A stretch of 40,730 nucleotides of DNA from Octopus bimaculoides. Its lineage: Eukaryota. Positions 35,851-40,730 of the stretch are shown here, piece after piece. A model generated the notes under the pieces. The model searched no databases, had not been told where the DNA came from, and was given only the letters and a program-made list of their open reading frames with translations. A program made the translations under genes and the position numbers. How positions within the stretch are numbered: the stretch's first letter is position 1; each line of letters opens with the position of its first letter. The stretch spans positions 28,638,078 to 28,678,807 of the forward strand of contig NC_069002.1 of the NCBI RefSeq assembly GCF_001194135.2. The letters run 5' to 3'.

Positions 35851-36104
35851 TTATAATGATATTTAGGGCGGACATCTGACGGAATCCCAAATCAGACCTG
35901 ATCAATCCCCACCCCATAATCTAAGTTATTCAGGCTGCAATCAGTGTCCGTTTTGATACCTTTTTGGCACAAACCCGCCTAAAATGGTTCCTAGTTATGA
36001 CATAAATTCCTAGCTTTTAAGTAATCTATATTAAAACCTTCAACCAAAATTTCATGTCAATATGTATTCCAAACACCGTCTTCATAAGTTATTCTAATAA
36101 ATTC

Positions 36105-36237
36105 TGTGGTTAAGGAGTTTGCTTTACAAATACGCGTTTTCGGGTTCAGTCCCACTGCGCGGTACCTTGGGCAAGTGTCTTCAACTATAAGCCTGGCCAA
36201 CCAATACCTTAAGTGCATTTGGTAGAAGGAAACTGGG
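36105..36237 (+). mobile_element. SINE family A 5' half
   Basis: CGGGTTCAGTCCCACTGCGCGGTACCTTGGGCAAGTGTCTTC. Confidence 0.8.
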
Positions 36238-36475
36238 ATCTTTTTTAAAACGGGGGCCACATTTTTCATTAACGAAACACTTTGAAACTTGGAACACTGG
36301 TAGAATGTGTCATATAAAACATCTTTTTCTCTTAGTCTTCTTAAAAAAAAAAAAGAAATCCATAACTTATTCCATGTTAAAGTTGTCGTATTTCTGTAAT
36401 TTCAACCAATCACTGACGTCCATTCAGCCGATATACATTAAGTGCCGACTACATAAACAAACGATTCTGAAACAA

Positions 36476-36527
36476 TTAACCCTAACCCTAACTCTAACCC
36501 TAACCTTAGGGTTAGGGTTAGGGTTAA
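36476..36527. repeat. Inverted telomere-like repeat (CCCTAA)4-(TTAGGG)3 bounded by TTAA
   Basis: TTAACCCTAACCCTAACTCTAACCCTAACCTTAGGGTTAGGGTTAGGGTTAA. Confidence 0.9.
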
Positions 36528-37145
36528 AGCAAATTTAAAATGAAAAAAGCAAATAAAACGAAGGTATGGAGATTNNNNNNNNNNNNNNNNNNNNNNNNNN
36601 NNNNNNNNNNNNNNNNNNNNNNNNNNNNNNNNNNNNNNNNNNNNNNNNNNNNNNNNNNNNNNNNNNNNNNNNNNNNNNNNNNNNNNNNNNNNNNNNNNNN
36701 NNNNNNNNNNNNNNNNNNNNNNNNNNNNNNNNNNNNNNNNNNNNNNNNNNNNNNNNNNNNNNNNNNNNNNNNNNNNNNNNNNNNNNNNNNNNNNNNNNNN
36801 NNNNNNNNNNNNNNNNNNNNNNNNNNNNNNNNNNNNNNNNNNNNNNNNNNNNNNNNNNNNNNNNNNNNNNNNNNNNNNNNNNNNNNNNNNNNNNNNNNNN
36901 NNNNNNNNNNNNNNNNNNNNNNNNNNNNNNNNNNNNNNNNNNNNNNNNNNNNNNNNNNNNNNNNNNNNNNNNNNNNNNNNNNNNNNNNNNNNNNNNNNNN
37001 NNNNNNNNNNNNNNNNNNNNNNNNNNNNNNNNNNNNNNNNNNNNNNNNNNNNNNNNNNNNNNNNNNNNNNNNNNNNNNNNNNNNNNNNNNNNNNNNNNNN
37101 NNNNNNNNNNNNNNNNNNNNNNNNNNNNNNNNNNNNNNNNNNNNT

Positions 37146-37469
37146 TCATACCTCGGTACTACGTACTAAAAGCGGGGTACATCGGTCCGATGAAGCTGAG
37201 TGTCCATAAGGTACCGACACTAAGATCAAGTTACGTTAGGAGTGGCTAATATCAACAATTACATTACAAAAGAAAAGGGAAATAAATACACAACCGTACT
37301 TTTAACCAAGCACAATTACCCAATCTGACAGTGTGAAATACCTGTACACTGTAAATAGACACTATAATACAGGAAATTTAGCATGGTGAAGAGGCGTTGT
37401 TGATATGCCGTGATTTTATCCGGTGCTTCCGAAATCCGTTAAAAGGCGGTCCGTAGTACCGAGGTATGA
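37146..37469. mobile_element. MITE-like element with perfect 18-bp TIR, superfamily unassigned
   Basis: TCATACCTCGGTACTACG (37146-37163) is the exact reverse complement of 37452-37469. The left flank is an N gap, so no TSD can be read. Confidence 0.75.
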
Positions 37470-37490
37470 GTGCGTGTGTGTGTGTATATG

Positions 37491-37530
<40 letters not shown>

Positions 37531-38171
37531 TACATATACACATATATATATATATANNNNNNNNNNNNNNNNNNNNNNNNNNNNNNNNNNNNNNNNNNNN
37601 NNNNNNNNNNNNNNNNNNNNNNNNNNNNNNNNNNNNNNNNNNNNNNNNNNNNNNNNNNNNNNNNNNNNNNNNNNNNNNNNNNNNNNNNNNNNNNNNNNNN
37701 NNNNNNNNNNNNNNNNNNNNNNNNNNNNNNNNNNNNNNNNNNNNNNNNNNNNNNNNNNNNNNNNNNNNNNNNNNNNNNNNNNNNNNNNNNNNNNNNNNNN
37801 NNNNNNNNNNNNNNNNNNNNNNNNNNNNNNNNNNNNNNNNNNNNNNNNNNNNNNNNNNNNNNNNNNNNNNNNNNNNNNNNNNNNNNNNNNNNNNNNNNNN
37901 NNNNNNNNNNNNNNNNNNNNNNNNNNNNNNNNNNNNNNNNNNNNNNNNNNNNNNNNNNNNNNNNNNNNNNNNNNNNNNNNNNNNNNNNNNNNNNNCCATG
38001 GACTTGAAAGATAGAAATTCTCCCTATATTTTTATGACATTTTTGAATTACAGGTGCTTGAAATTTTTTTTTTTGTTCTTAAAGTGGAAGATTACTATAT
38101 TTAAAATAAATAATCTTTATCATCTTAATCAAAAGGCAGAAAAACACAGAGAGCGAGAGAGAGAGAAAGAG

Positions 38172-38900
38172 ACTATCTTCTTATAGACGAAGATCAGTTG
38201 CAATGGGAGGGGCTGAATCTCATTAGAATGGAAATACAAACAATAAATGCGCTGTTCTTTATAATGAAACTCTTTTAAGAGCATTCAAATGTTCCTGCAA
38301 CGTTGAAATCGTTGCCTCACTGAGGTCAATTAAGTATGTCATCAAGTACACGCTGAAAGGAAATGACCAAGCTGCTGTTCAAATAAACAATCATAACGAC
38401 ATTTGTCAATATCTAATGGGTAGATATGTTACACCCTCCGAAACAGTTGCATCCATTTATAGGATTTTGAATTCATGAAAGAGCACCTGTAATAGTGCGA
38501 CTGCACGTTCATATACCAGATGAAAAGAGAATATTGCTTAGAAATAATGAGGATATATATGACTGTCAATGAACGACATATGAGAACATCGACAGAATGT
38601 TGACAGAATGATGACTTTGCAAAAAAAAACCTTACTTTATGCTGAAGCACCCATGTATTTCACTTGAAACAGTAGTAACAAAGAATGGCAAAGAAGAATG
38701 CGAGGAAAAAAGTTAAAGGCCATTTGAACGTTTTCAGAGAAGCACTTGGTCGAGTTTACGTTGTGATGCCAAAGACAGGAGAACTGTATTATTTAAGAAT
38801 TACGTGAAATTCGAAATAGTATTTTTTCCTTTCCCGTTGCGCATCGACATTTTCAACTTTAAGTGACTGTGACCCAACGGGTCACGGCGGGTACAACTAG
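38172..38900 (+). mobile_element. Helitron deletion derivative: Rep-helicase fragment plus intact 3' terminus
   Basis: YRRRS, YNETLLRAFKCSCNVEIVASLRSIKYVIKYTLKGND, QYLMGRYVTPSE, HERAPVIVRLHVHIP, LLYAEAPMYFT and LGRVYVVMPKTGELYYLR, with frameshifts. Hairpin GTGACCC-AAC-GGGTCAC (38869-38885) lies 11 nt before CTAG|T (38897-38900). Confidence 0.9.
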
Positions 38901-38914
38901 TATATGACTAAAAC

Positions 38915-38975
38915 CCGTCGAGGTGGTGTCTCAGCATCGCCGCAGTCTGGTAAGTGAAACAAGGTAATAGATAAA
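38915..38975 (+). mobile_element. Solo SINE A tail cassette, degenerate
   Basis: GGTGGTGTCTCAGCATCGCCGCAGTC..GTGAAACAAG. Confidence 0.55.
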
Positions 38976-39144
38976 ACAAAAACAGTTTATTTCAACAGGA
39001 ATTTAGCAACAAAAAGATTTCTTTTTAATGTTTCTTTAGCCCTGGTACTCAATAAGACCAGTTACCCGATTTCTATGGCTTGAAAATAACAGAGACCACA
39101 ACGACCCTCTGAACGGGACGTCGGTCCGTTGCCAGGTCCAAGAT

Positions 39145-39345
39145 CGGCAATTTCGAGAGGAGGTGAGGACAAATCGTTTACATGGATAAGTACCAAGAAT
39201 TGACTGCTATTTTATTTTATCGACCTTGAAGGGATGGAAAGCAAAGTTGACCTCGGTGCGATTTGAACTCAGAACGTAAAGAGCCAGATGAAATGTCACT
39301 AAGCACTTTGCTCAATGTGCAAACGATTCCATCAGATCACCGCCT
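39145..39345 (-). mobile_element. SINE D, diverged
   Basis: TTTATCGACCTTGAAGGGATGGAAAGCAAAGTTGACCTCGG..ATTTGAACTCAGAACGTAAAG. Confidence 0.8.
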
Positions 39346-40140
39346 GACAATGTATCTAGGAGCACATTATCTCGGACAATAAGTCTCCCATTTATTTTTA
39401 TGACAGTCGGATATGATTGGAAGGAGATCAGGTTGCTGGTATTCCTAGCAGGTCGAGAAACGATGCTGAGATACCCTGATCTTTCCATAGAGATATTTAT
39501 TATCAGTGTACATACATTTCTTTCTATAATATTCAATAACAGGTTGTAAAGGATGTGTTAAAAGCTCTCAAATTTATATCTATATTCCGCAAACTCTCAT
39601 AAAAGCAGAAATTTCGAATGCTTCCGCATAATCTTTTACTTCTCTCCATCTTTCAGGATTTACTTCTTAAGTGAATTTGCGAAAAGAAAACCTAAGAAAT
39701 GTTTTTTGTATCACACGAAACTCATTATGCCACTAGTTCTGCTTTCTTTCTTTTATTAGTCAATTCATTAATATGTAGCTAATTAACAAACCGCTCGTTT
39801 GAGTAATCGTTCGATCATTGGTGACTGTCAAAGACATACCAGCTATACTCCAGAACGGCAGTTAATTGGCGAAATGTTAACGAATAGAAGTGAAATAGAG
39901 CCGGTGTGTGTGGGTATATGTATTTATTAACAATGACTCTCCCGAGATGCAACAAAATCTGTTTCAGCACTCGAGTTCACCTCAAGAATCTAGCAAACTA
40001 ATGCCTTGATAAGCATTTCGTTGGAATCTGTGAGAAATCCAATTCCTCTGTAGTGTTAATCATGCCATTTTGTAACTGCGATTCTATTACGAGAGCTTTT
40101 CGTATTTTAGCATGTTTGGTGCAGGTTCATAGTTAATTTC

Positions 40141-40352
40141 AGGCGAGCTGGCAGAGTCGTGAGCACGCCAGGAAAAAAGCATAGTGGAATTTCGTCCGTC
40201 TTTACGTTCAGAGTTCAAATTCCACCGAGGTCAACTTTGCATTTCATCCTTTCAGAGTCGATAAAACAAATAGCAGCCGAGCACTGGGGTCGATGTAATC
40301 GATTTATCCCCCCTCTCCCAAAATTGCTGGCCTTGTGCTAAAATTTGAAAGC
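40141..40352 (+). mobile_element. SINE D, full length
   Basis: GGCGAGCTGGCAGAG head, GAGTTCAAATTCC B box, core, and CCCAAAATTGCTGGCCTTGTGC tail. Confidence 0.88.
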
Positions 40353-40730
40353 TATATTTTACTATATTGCTTTGGGTTTAAATATTTATGATAACTAATT
40401 GTAGGTCTTTTAAGTCTTTCAGGGCCTAGAAAGATAGGCAAAAAAGAAAAAAACTCTAGAAGGGCAAAAATTTATAACAAAAATTTGTATTCTTGTTTTT
40501 CCGTCGACTGACCTTTGGCACAAAATGGATTTGACTAAAACAATATTCCGTTTGTGTCGCAGAAATTGTTGTCAGATGTAAGGATAGCTTTTGATTGGCT
40601 GATAGATAAAGTGGTAGGTTTTCTGAGCTACCGACCATGCAGCGATAAGAATGTTAAGTTTCGATACAAGTTATGCACCACCGCTCATTAAACTGATACA
40701 AATAAGAGAGAGAGTGGGGAAGAGAGAGAG

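Noticed and set aside
36476-36527. Chromosome end-to-end fusion scar
   Set aside because: A fusion gives (TTAGGG)n then (CCCTAA)n. The order here is reversed and the array has only 7 units.
39655-39760. Strong polypyrimidine acceptor TTTCAG| at about 39657
   Set aside because: The following frames are short and unrecognisable, so no gene can be supported without RNA data.

Overview
AT-rich eukaryotic DNA saturated with repeats and microsatellites, from a fragmented short-read assembly (15 N-gaps, about 5.2 kb). The SINE families look like Octopus elements; this is inferred from recall, not a search. No host protein-coding exon could be supported, and nearly all tracked ORFs are microsatellite or N artefacts. 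The window holds about 30 copies or fragments of several tRNA-derived SINE families, decayed coding remnants of five transposon classes (Penelope GIY-YIG, mariner, Tx1/L1 RT, R4/Dong C-terminus, Helitron Rep-helicase with an intact 3' end), and several MITE-like elements. The best lead is a structurally complete type I hammerhead ribozyme (19003-19051) with a palindromic stem III, inside a fold-back element. Relatives of that element occur at 13.7 kb (ribozyme deleted) and at 0.3-0.4 kb (near a degenerate mini-hammerhead at 74-108). Together these suggest a Penelope-linked, ribozyme-bearing non-autonomous family.
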